Part shown: in pieces, positions 29,889 to 38,122 of the stretch
How positions within the stretch are numbered: position 1 is the stretch's first letter
How the letters are laid out: each line of letters begins with the position of its first letter
Source: Chitinophagaceae bacterium
Lineage (GTDB): Bacteria > Bacteroidota > Bacteroidia > Chitinophagales > Chitinophagaceae
Assembly (NCBI GenBank): GCA_016786845.1
Contig: JAEUVB010000019.1
Span: 23,661-87,660, forward strand
Length of the DNA: 64,000 nucleotides
Reading direction: 5' to 3'
The notes under the pieces: generated by a model
Databases searched by the model: none
What the model was told of the DNA's origin: nothing
What the model saw: the letters and a program-made list of their open reading frames with translations, nothing else
Position numbers and translations under genes: made by a program

Positions 29889-30968
29889 TTATCTGATTTC
29901 TTGAGACAAGGCCGCGAGGAGTCGTTCCACATCTGCTGTGCTTACTGCCGGGAAGTTTGCAATCCTGAATTGTTGTTCCTTCAGCGGACCATATCCACCA
30001 CCAATTTGCATCTCATGAGGCTTAAGAAATTCATTGATGGTTTTGGATGAAATCGCCGACTCTACCACCACAACAGTTTGAGAACGATCGCGCAGGTCTT
30101 TCACGAAAGGTGAAAAGCCATCGCGGTTTTCAATGAAGTCGTAAATCAGTCGGGCTTTGTGTTCGGTGTCGTGTTCGATTTGACTTAATCCTGTGTGCAA
30201 CATATCGCCGCTTACATGGGCCAATAAATAGATGGCCAGCATATTGGGTGTGGAGGGCGTTTGGTGTTTCGGACTATGTTTGAGAAAGGAAGGAAGGCTG
30301 TGGTAGGTGCCGATAAACTTGCCGGCCGCCTTACGTGATTCCGCTTTCGCGATACAACGTTCATTGCAGATCCATACGCCCAATCCTGCAGGTAATCCGA
30401 ATCCTTTTTGCACCGAAAAGAAAAGCGTATCGATGTCGGAGAAATTGATCTTTCCATAAGGCACCGACGATACGGCATCTACCGCAATCAATGCATCGGG
30501 ATATTGTTTACGCAGACCGCTGATGAGTTCATGATCGAATACGACACCGGTACTAGTTTCATTGTGGGTGATGCATATGAGTTCATTGTCTTCATGCATA
30601 TGGATTTCATGCAGATCATGAAAACCTTTGCCCAATGGCGCTTCCAGAGAAACCGCATCGCGACCCATTTGAAGGGCCGTGGTATAGAATCGTTCACTGA
30701 AAGATCCGTTCACAAAATGGAAGCTGCGTTGGTTCACCAAATTTTCAATACAACGATCCCAGATTTCTGTGGCAGAGCTCGTAAAGAAAATATGAAAGTG
30801 GTCGGGGATGTTCATCAAGGCACGCAGGTTCTCCTCCGCCATCTGTTGTATACTTTCATAGCGCCGACTGCGATGGGAGATACTGCAGAATCCTTCATCC
30901 AAAGCCGATTGTATGTGAGTGGCTACGGTGGGGTAGAGTTGTGAGGGACCGGGGGTGAAGTAGATCAT
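29889..30968 (-). CDS. serC: phosphoserine aminotransferase (class V aminotransferase)
   Basis: YFTPGPS start, SHRSRRY, and an overall SerC-like layout. Adjacent to the serA/serB fusion. Confidence 0.7.
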   Translation of the reverse strand: MIYFTPGPSQLYPTVATHIQSALDEGFCSISHRSRRYESIQQMAEENLRALMNIPDHFHIFFTSSATEIWDRCIENLVNQRSFHFVNGSFSERFYTTALQMGRDAVSLEAPLGKGFHDLHEIHMHEDNELICITHNETSTGVVFDHELISGLRKQYPDALIAVDAVSSVPYGKINFSDIDTLFFSVQKGFGLPAGLGVWICNERCIAKAESRKAAGKFIGTYHSLPSFLKHSPKHQTPSTPNMLAIYLLAHVSGDMLHTGLSQIEHDTEHKARLIYDFIENRDGFSPFVKDLRDRSQTVVVVESAISSKTINEFLKPHEMQIGGGYGPLKEQQFRIANFPAVSTADVERLLAALSQEIR

Positions 30969-31007
30969 TTCTAAATGAATGTTGAATGATGAATGTTTAA
31001 TGTTGAA

Positions 31008-32897
31008 TTAATACAAAATCCTAAACCGTATCGTATTCGGAATATTCTTCAATACCGTTTCCAATTCTTTCGGGTGGTCGCTTTCGATATCGGTGATCAC
31101 GTAGCCGATATGGTCGTTGGTCTTGAGGTATTGTCCTGCGATGTTGATATTGTGTTCGGCCAGTACCTGATTGATTTGCGCCAGTATCCCTTTTACATTT
31201 TCATGGATATGCATGATGCGGTGGGCCGTACCAAATTCAGGTAATTGTATTTCAGGTAAATTGACACTGCCATAAGTACTGCCCGTATTGATATATTGTA
31301 TGAGTTTGCCCGGCACAAAATGTCCGATATTTTCCTGGGCCTCTTCGGTACTGCCGCCGATATGCGGGGTGAGAATCACATTGGGCAGATGTTGCAATTC
31401 ACTCTGAAAGATCTCATCATTCGACTTGGGTTCGTAGGGAAACACATCTACGGCTGCACCGCGGATATGTCCGCCGGTGAGGGCCCGGTGAAAAGCCTTC
31501 ATGTCTACGAGATGTCCGCGCGCGAGGTTGAGGAAGATCACGCCGGGTTTCATTTTCGAGATGCGTTCCGCATGGATCATGCGGGTGTTTTCTTCGCGTC
31601 CGTCTACATGCAGACTCACGATATCGACGGTGCTGAGCAGTTCATCGAGTGTATGACATTTGCGTGCATTGCCCAGGGCTTGCTTGTCGATGATGTCGTA
31701 GAAATACACTTGCATGCCAAGTGCTTCAGCGAGTACCGACAATTGAGATCCGATATTGCCATAACCCACGATGCCCAATTTCTTACCGCGGATCTCCACA
31801 CTGTGATCGGCCTTTTTATCCCAGATGCCATCATGCAGTTTGCTGCTTTTCTCGAAGGTGCGTCGCAGGAGCATGATCATTTCACCGAGGGCGAGCTCCA
31901 CCACCGAACGGGTATTGCTATAGGGTGCATTGAAGACCGCGATGCCCCTGTCGGTGCAGGCGTTGAGATCAATTTGATTGGTGCCGATACAGAAGGTGCC
32001 GATGGCCATGAGTTTGCCGGCTTGTTGCAATACCTTTTCGCTCACTTGAGTCTTGCTGCGTATGCCGAGTATGCTCACCGACTTGATGCGCTCACAGAGT
32101 TCATCTTCATTGAGCGCCTCCTTAAGGGCGATCACTTCATACCCTTCCCGGCGAAAATGATCGACGGCTACGGGGTGTACGTTTTCCAATAAGAGAACCT
32201 GTATTCTGTTTTTAGGATAAGACAAAGAAGCTTTCAGGGAGAGGTCGTATAATATTTCGTCGAAGTTGGGTGCTACCTTATCGGCGCGTTCGATGATGGC
32301 CGGACGCGAAACATTTTCCACAAAAGCATAGAAGACATGCGCGGCACCTTGCTGGCGAATTTCATAGTCGGTGATACCGTCGCCGATGGCCACCACCTTG
32401 CCTTGCAACTGAAGGGCGTCGGTGACGATAGCCTTGCCCTTATTTTCACTGAGGGGATTATCGGAAACCACACCGGTGATATAGCCTTGCTCATCGAATT
32501 GAAATTCATTGGCGATGACATGATCCGGTGTCATGCCGAAGGATGCGGCGATGGGGAGTATGCATTCTTTGAAACCGTTGGAAACGATATAGACCTGTTG
32601 CGGATGTTCGATGAAAAAACTCCGGTTGCGTTCGATAGACGGGGTGATGTGTAGTTGAAGTCTTTCCGTGAGTGCGGCGATATGTGAACGATGCGCTTTC
32701 AATATGCCGATGCGTTGATGGAGGGACTCACGTAAACTGATGCGGCCCTCCATGCCCAGGCGGGTGATGCGGTCTATTTCAGCGAGTATGCTTTCCTTTT
32801 CAGGTCGCCCGTCATACACCATCTCACACAGAATATCGAGGGTTTCTACCGTAATGAAGGTGCTGTCGAAATCGATGATTAAATAGGGTAGGGACAT
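31008..32897 (-). CDS. fused phosphoserine phosphatase (HAD) / D-3-phosphoglycerate dehydrogenase / ACT protein
   Basis: N-terminal HAD motifs DFDSTF and GDGITD. Central 2-hydroxyacid dehydrogenase with GIVGYGNIGSQ Rossmann motif. C-terminal ACT-like segment (HIHENVKGILAQINQVL). Confidence 0.85.
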   Translation of the reverse strand: MSLPYLIIDFDSTFITVETLDILCEMVYDGRPEKESILAEIDRITRLGMEGRISLRESLHQRIGILKAHRSHIAALTERLQLHITPSIERNRSFFIEHPQQVYIVSNGFKECILPIAASFGMTPDHVIANEFQFDEQGYITGVVSDNPLSENKGKAIVTDALQLQGKVVAIGDGITDYEIRQQGAAHVFYAFVENVSRPAIIERADKVAPNFDEILYDLSLKASLSYPKNRIQVLLLENVHPVAVDHFRREGYEVIALKEALNEDELCERIKSVSILGIRSKTQVSEKVLQQAGKLMAIGTFCIGTNQIDLNACTDRGIAVFNAPYSNTRSVVELALGEMIMLLRRTFEKSSKLHDGIWDKKADHSVEIRGKKLGIVGYGNIGSQLSVLAEALGMQVYFYDIIDKQALGNARKCHTLDELLSTVDIVSLHVDGREENTRMIHAERISKMKPGVIFLNLARGHLVDMKAFHRALTGGHIRGAAVDVFPYEPKSNDEIFQSELQHLPNVILTPHIGGSTEEAQENIGHFVPGKLIQYINTGSTYGSVNLPEIQLPEFGTAHRIMHIHENVKGILAQINQVLAEHNINIAGQYLKTNDHIGYVITDIESDHPKELETVLKNIPNTIRFRILY

Positions 32898-33250
32898 GGG
32901 GCGAAGATAGTATAATGATGAAACAGAAGAAGAGATTGGAGGAATAAAGGTTTGATACGGGCCACGGATTAGGGATAGGGTAAAGGGCCGGGGATCACAG
33001 ATTAAAGGATTTCATGAATGGGGGTTGGGAATCACAGACTTGGAGATTCAGACAAAAGCTCACCTCGAATTCTGAAAATTCTATAATTCTGAAAATTCTG
33101 CTTGTCCCGACTATTCGGGGATTCAGACAAGGGTGGTTTTACACAGCGTTGCTCAAAGTGGAACACAGCGTTAGGCGGAGTCTGATATTGTGATTTTAAA
33201 GGGTGTGTGGATTGGTTGGTGCGTGAGGATACGTAGCGGCGGGTAAACCA

Positions 33251-33544
33251 TTAAGCGGCATTGACTTGTTTAATGCTATTCAATTCAGCCACTTTTAAAT
33301 TTTGTTCTTCTTCCAGGTCGAAATCATCTTGCAATCCAAGCCAAAATTTTGCGGATGTGCCAAAATACTTTGCAAGGCGTAATGCCGTATCGGCAGTAAT
33401 CCTTCGATTGCCCTTTAATATTTCACCTATTCTGGTCTGCGGAATAAATGTTTCTTTGGATAGCCGGTATGCGGTTATTTCCAGTGGCTCAAGGAATTCT
33501 TCTTTCAAGATTTCTCCGGGATGAATATTTTTTAGCTTTTTCAT
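33251..33544 (-). CDS. higA: HigA-family antitoxin (XRE HTH)
   Basis: 97 aa. IHPGEILKEEFLEPLEITAYRLSKETFIPQTRIGEILKGNRRITADTALRLAKYFG is the canonical HigA/VapI HTH. Confidence 0.9.
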   Translation of the reverse strand: MKKLKNIHPGEILKEEFLEPLEITAYRLSKETFIPQTRIGEILKGNRRITADTALRLAKYFGTSAKFWLGLQDDFDLEEEQNLKVAELNSIKQVNAA

Positions 33545-33555
33545 TTTTCTTAAGA

Positions 33556-33837
33556 TTAATGATAGTCTATAATTTCTAGTTCAGAGGCGTGATCATTTTT
33601 CCATTTGAAAATGATTCGCCATTGTTTGTTTATTCGAATACTGTGAAATCCCGAAAGATTTCCGCTGAGTTTTTCTAAATGATTTGCCGGAGGAATTCTG
33701 AGATCATTGATCGTTTGAGCATTATGGATCATCCTTAATTTTCTTCGAGCGACATGTTGAATATCCGCAGGAAGTTTTCTGGATTGATATCCTTCCCAAA
33801 TTTTTTCTGTTTCCTGATCAGCAAAACTTTTAATCAC
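33556..33837 (-). CDS. higB: HigB-family toxin (RelE/ParE superfamily)
   Basis: (V)IKSFADQETEKIWEG...LRIPPANHLEKLSGNLSGFHSIRINKQWRIIFKW..EIIDYH. A GTG start at 33837 is preferred over the TTG at 33861. Lies 11 nt upstream of higA. Confidence 0.88.
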   Translation of the reverse strand: MIKSFADQETEKIWEGYQSRKLPADIQHVARRKLRMIHNAQTINDLRIPPANHLEKLSGNLSGFHSIRINKQWRIIFKWKNDHASELEIIDYH

Positions 33838-34105
33838 GCTCAACGTATTTACTAACGTCAAAAGTATGTATTTTCATTTAAATGAGCAAATGTTAGGCGG
33901 GGGGCAAGAGTTTTAATGTTTAGTGTTTAGTTTTTAGTTGGTGCGATGTGGGGATGGGAGCGGGATCAAAAACTTGAGATCCCGGCTGACCCCGCATAGC
34001 GGGCAGAGTGAGAGCGGAGCATGAGATCGGGGAATGCATCTACAATGAAAGTAGTTTCAGCATTTCGAAGTACCCTTGAATAGAACGAAATCTATATTAA
34101 TGATT

Positions 34106-34368
34106 GTCATCCCGGTTGTCACGGCTTGTGTGGTCTCATAGATATCACAAAATTTCATGCCGGGGCAGACCGGGATCTGCCGGGGTGAAGGTGTTTATAA
34201 CGTATAGTTGTTGATGGAGGAGCGTTTGAATACTGACTTCACTCTTCTGTCTGAATCAGAATTTACAAAATTTAAGAATTTACAGGATGCTAACTGCTTA
34301 TAGTGTTTCGAACTAACACAACACGAATTCTGAAAATTCTATAATCCTGAAAATTCTGATTCAGACAA
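34106..34368. repeat. 263-bp direct repeat, copy 1
   Basis: Near-identical to 34455-34717, with only a few substitutions seen by eye and a 349-bp period. Confidence 0.9.
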
Positions 34369-34454
34369 CGGAGTGAGGTACACAGCTCCGTAGATGGGTT
34401 AAGCCTAAGCATCTCGAAGAGCGCTCGAATCAAACGGTAGCATCATTAAGGAAT

Positions 34455-34717
34455 GTCATCCCGGTTGTCACGGCTTGTAAGGTCTCATAGATATCACAAA
34501 ATTTCATGCCGGGGCAGACCGGGATCTGCCGGGGTGAAGGTGTTTATAACGTATAGTTGTTGATGGAGGAGCGTTTGAATGCTGACTTCACTCTTCTGTC
34601 TGAATCAGAATTTACAAAATTTAAGAATTTACAGAATGCTAACTGCTCATAGTGTTTCGAACTAACACATCTCGAATTCAGAAAATTCTATAATCCTGAA
34701 AATTCTGATTCAGACAA
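34455..34717. repeat. 263-bp direct repeat, copy 2
   Basis: See copy 1. Its 3' end runs into a 55-bp tandem sub-repeat. Confidence 0.9.
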
Positions 34718-34803
34718 TTACACACCTCGAATTCAGAAAATTCTATAATCCTGAAAATTCTGATTCAGACAATAACACACCTCGAATTCTGATTCAGACA
34801 ATT
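34666..34803. repeat. 55-bp tandem repeat (2 full units plus 1 truncated)
   Basis: Unit CACA(T/C)CTCGAATTCAGAAAATTCTATAATCCTGAAAATTCTGATTCAGACAAT(T/A)A starts at 34666, 34721 and 34776. The third unit is internally deleted. Confidence 0.85.
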
Positions 34804-35030
34804 CTCCTTCTGTCTGAATCCCCGAATAGGTCGGCATGCACAGAATTTACAAAATTTAAGAATTTACAGAATGCTAACTGCTTATAGAATTTCAAAAATT
34901 AATTATTTTTATTTTTCCGGTGATACTTCTGCATCGATGACTTTTTGAACGGCTATTCCACCGTATCCAATCATCTATAGCACGAAACAGGTATCGCAAT
35001 AACGAAGTATAATTTGAAATCGCATATTAT

Positions 35031-35645
35031 ATGATAAAAAACCTGCCGCCACAACCCAAGGAATATTCCATCCGTCAATTCGTGACCGACTATGTCGATC
35101 CAAGTTTTAAACCTACCGACGAGCTCCCGTATCCAACCCGTATCAGGGAGGCGAAAGCCGATACACAAATCACTCGTTTAAATCAAATAGAGGATCACGC
35201 CTACTACCTGATCTCGGGTTACGTGATGATTATGACCTTGACAGAAAAAGGTGAGATGCGCATCATTGATTTCTTTTCACCCGGTATGTTCTTTTCAAGT
35301 TATTATTCCTTACGCCATCGTCTTCCGTCTGAAGTCATTGTCGTCACGCTGTCCGAATGCAAATTTGAAGTCATCGAATATAAAGACTTGAAGTCTGCCT
35401 ATGAAAGTAAAAGCTGGCTGGCCGAACGCATGGGACGGGTTGCTGCAGAATTCTATTACGACCGTAAAAACAAACGCGAAGTCGGATTCCTGAAATTAGA
35501 CGCTAAGAAACGTTATGAAATTTTCATCAACGAAAATCCCGGACTCGCAAAAGTATTGAGCATCGAACTCATTGCTCGCTACCTCGGTATCGATCCCAAT
35601 AGCCTCAGCCGTATCCGCAACGAAGCAAAACCTAAAAAGTCCTGA
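35031..35645 (+). CDS. Crp/Fnr family transcriptional regulator
   Basis: 204 aa. cNMP-binding-like beta-roll followed by a C-terminal HTH (IELIARYLGIDPNSLSRIRNE). Confidence 0.75.
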   Translation: MIKNLPPQPKEYSIRQFVTDYVDPSFKPTDELPYPTRIREAKADTQITRLNQIEDHAYYLISGYVMIMTLTEKGEMRIIDFFSPGMFFSSYYSLRHRLPSEVIVVTLSECKFEVIEYKDLKSAYESKSWLAERMGRVAAEFYYDRKNKREVGFLKLDAKKRYEIFINENPGLAKVLSIELIARYLGIDPNSLSRIRNEAKPKKS

Positions 35646-35864
35646 GTCCCTTCCGTCATTACAGGATGAAAGAAAGCTCCAGGCATCCCCACATTCCCAA
35701 TCAGAAAATGCTCTCCTTAGCAGGACTGCGCCTGATAAAGTTTTAGCAGTTTTTGAGTTGAACGCAGCGTAGCAAGAAAAACTGTTTGACGACGAAGGAG
35801 GAGTTTTTTTTCTTGCTGCGGAGTGAGACGTAAAAAACAATAAAACTTTATAGCGCGCTTTTTC

Positions 35865-35931
35865 TTTGTTACTTTCGTTCCCGCAGCGGTCTCTCGCTCT
35901 GGAGGACCCTGCGGTTGAAGAAAGTAACAAA
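35865..35931. repeat. long imperfect hairpin containing a 37-bp repeat unit
   Basis: TTTGTTACTTTC..CCGCAG (35865-35886) pairs with CTGCGG..GAAAGTAACAAA (35909-35931). The core CCCGCAGCGGTCTCTCGCTCTGGAGGACCCTGCGGTT recurs at 35975-36011. Confidence 0.7.
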
Positions 35932-36345
35932 ACCCCTCGCATCTCCACTTCTCAAACAATAAACACTTACCGTCCCCGCAGCGGTCTCTCGCTCTGGAGG
36001 ACCCTGCGGTTCATGAACATAATTGCGGTTCATAAACATTAATTCTGTTTTGCTCCCGATGTAAACCCCGGTCAATTCAATAGCGATTTCGGGATCCCTG
36101 AATCCCGTTCCGGGGCTAAACAGAATGAGAATGAGAAAGAAAATGAGAATGAATTTTAACTCAATCCACCCCTTTCAATTTTCTAACATATGTTAGTTTT
36201 TCGGGTTTTCATGCAGAATACTTTTGTCCTATCAATGTAAGATAAAAAACAAATCATGAAAAATCTAAACCTGATAAATCCTTCAACAAACGACATCGCA
36301 GTCTGTATGATACTGGTATTCAATCGTTTCATTGGTGCCGTTATC

Positions 36346-36618
36346 CGTGTCGCATTCATTGCAAAGCGTGTCGCATTCATTGCAAAACGTATCGCATCCA
36401 TTGCAAAACGCATCGCATCCATTGCAAAGCGTGTCGCATTCATTGCAAAACGTATCGCATCCATTGCAAAACGTATCGCATCCATTGCAAAACGCATCGC
36501 ATCGATTGCAAAACGTGTCGCATTCATTGCAAAGCGTGTCGCATCGATTGCAAAACGTGTCGCATTTATTGCAAAACGTGTCGACTCGATTGCAAAGCGT
36601 GTCGCATTCATTGCGAAA
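36346..36618. repeat. 13 x 21-bp tandem repeat array
   Basis: Unit CGTGTCGCATTCATTGCAAA(G/A) with a few variable positions. Unit starts counted at 36346, 36367 and so on to 36598. Confidence 0.95.
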
Positions 36619-36893
36619 CACCTAAATCCAAAAAATGGGCCCGCATATCTTAGGGCTCGTGCCCCACCTTCTTTCTTCGGGCATATCGCTGTATATAGTT
36701 ATGCATAAGTCGTGGAAGAAATGGCTCTATACCCAAAAGAGTAGAAGCGTCTATCGGATACAGCCATATGATTCTATTAAAGGATCATATCAACCGGATT
36801 CCACAAAATCTTCAACCGGATTCCATTCAAAAAGGATGGCATCCATAAAAATTAACTTTAAACAAATATTCTATAAATTTTAAAACAATCATA

Positions 36894-37841
36894 ATGTTAA
36901 AAAGAAATTATCCGTGTACACAACAAGAAGTATACACCATCGCTCGCCTCGGCTGGAGCTCATGCCAGGAAAATCTCTCCGATTTTACGGCATTCAAACC
37001 CAAATACACCGCTGCCTTTATCGCAGCAAAATTAACAGACCTTGAAGCTGCCGAAGCCCTTCCGGCCGAACAACAGCGCAATGCCATTCCCGAAAACCTC
37101 AGGGTGCAACTCAAAGAAGCTGCCAGAGTTTGTATGAATCATTTCCAATCCCTGAAATGCTATATCGAAGACAGCTTCCCCGCCGATCAACTCAAGGCGG
37201 AGTATGAAGCTGCCGGACAAGAGCATTATATCTATTGTCAGCGAAACAATTGGGACTCCGTTGTGGCCCTCATGAATTTCTGCAATACCTATGCCACGGA
37301 AAAAGCAAGTACCCTTTCGGCCAACGACGTCATGCCTGCCAACTTTCCTTTAAAGGTCAGTACCGCACGCACGGAGTTTATTGCCCTGCATCAGGATTTT
37401 CTGAAAGCCGATGAAGAAGCTGCCAAGCAAACCAAGCGTAAGATTAAGGCTACCAATCAGGTCTACCGCGATCTGAGTAAGATGTTGGCCGATGGACAAG
37501 AAATCTTCCGCAACAATGATGAGCAATTGCCCGACTTCATTTTCAGCAACCTCCTCTATCGTGTCAGCGGTGCCGGTGCAGCCGGTGTGCGTGGTGTGGT
37601 CACCCATGCCATCAACAACAAGCCCATCCCCGAGGTGTCCATCACCATGGACGAAACGGGCGACAGTGCCCTTACCGATGATGTGGGCAAATTCGAAATC
37701 GCCCCTCTGGCCTCCGGTACCTATACCCTCCTCGTCACCGCCGATGGTTTCCAACCCCAAACCATCCCCGGCCACAAGGTCCTTGTCGGTACCATCTCCA
37801 CCCTCAACATCAGCTTAAGCCCTTCTGCAATTACTGCTTAA
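36894..37841 (+). CDS. hypothetical protein with C-terminal carboxypeptidase-regulatory-like (CarboxypepD_reg) domain
   Basis: 315 aa. The C-terminal ~85 aa (GVVTHAINNKPIPEVSITMDETGDSALTDDVGKFEIAPLASGTYTLLVTADGFQP) is typical of that beta-sandwich. The N-terminal part is unassigned. Confidence 0.5.
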   Translation: MLKRNYPCTQQEVYTIARLGWSSCQENLSDFTAFKPKYTAAFIAAKLTDLEAAEALPAEQQRNAIPENLRVQLKEAARVCMNHFQSLKCYIEDSFPADQLKAEYEAAGQEHYIYCQRNNWDSVVALMNFCNTYATEKASTLSANDVMPANFPLKVSTARTEFIALHQDFLKADEEAAKQTKRKIKATNQVYRDLSKMLADGQEIFRNNDEQLPDFIFSNLLYRVSGAGAAGVRGVVTHAINNKPIPEVSITMDETGDSALTDDVGKFEIAPLASGTYTLLVTADGFQPQTIPGHKVLVGTISTLNISLSPSAITA

Positions 37842-37870
37842 GTTGAATACTGAGAGCCCTGCTTCTCCGG

Positions 37871-37900
37871 GAGGCCGTCGTAAGATGGCCTCTTTTTTTT
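37871..37900 (+). terminator. Rho-independent terminator
   Basis: GAGGCC-gtcgtaagat-GGCCTC followed by a T8 run. Confidence 0.65.
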
Positions 37901-38122
37901 GGGGGGGAGAATTCCTGTTTTTGAGACTAAAATTAATAGAATTTAATAGGGCCTTGTGTCGAAGGAATGGTTTGAAAATAGATATGAGGCTTAGCAGAAT
38001 AACAAAGTCTATTTAAGAAAGCAATAATTTCTCGTTTATTCTTGTATATTCGTAATACTGTATGTCGATGAAGGATGAATTTCCGGACTTTTAACCAATT
38101 AGCGTAAAATAGACAAAAATAG

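Noticed and set aside
31296-32192. Long antisense ORFs inside GC-rich genes (also 30408-30944, 32337-32654, 52522-53343, 54268-55128, 54363-54809)
   Set aside because: They lie fully inside, and opposite to, genes with strong motif support (serA/serB, serC, radical SAM, arginase family). They have low-complexity translations typical of shadow ORFs.
35496-36075. ORFs of 66-150 aa in the 35.65-36.2 kb gap
   Set aside because: They run through dispersed word repeats and the 37-bp hairpin units, overlap each other on both strands, and have Ser/Arg/Ala-rich nonsense-like translations.
36346-36618. Possible CRISPR array (also considered for 51885-52180 and 34666-34803)
   Set aside because: The units are directly abutting, with no unique spacers between them. 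The unit sizes (21, 93 and 55 bp) and the absence of cas genes do not fit CRISPR.
36183-36708. Four overlapping ORFs (142, 150, 112 and 97 aa) on both strands across the 21-bp tandem array
   Set aside because: They exist because the 21-nt unit lacks stops in every frame. Mutually overlapping ORFs on both strands cannot all be genes, and none has independent support. They are reported only as a repeat, with the coding possibility flagged in the findings.
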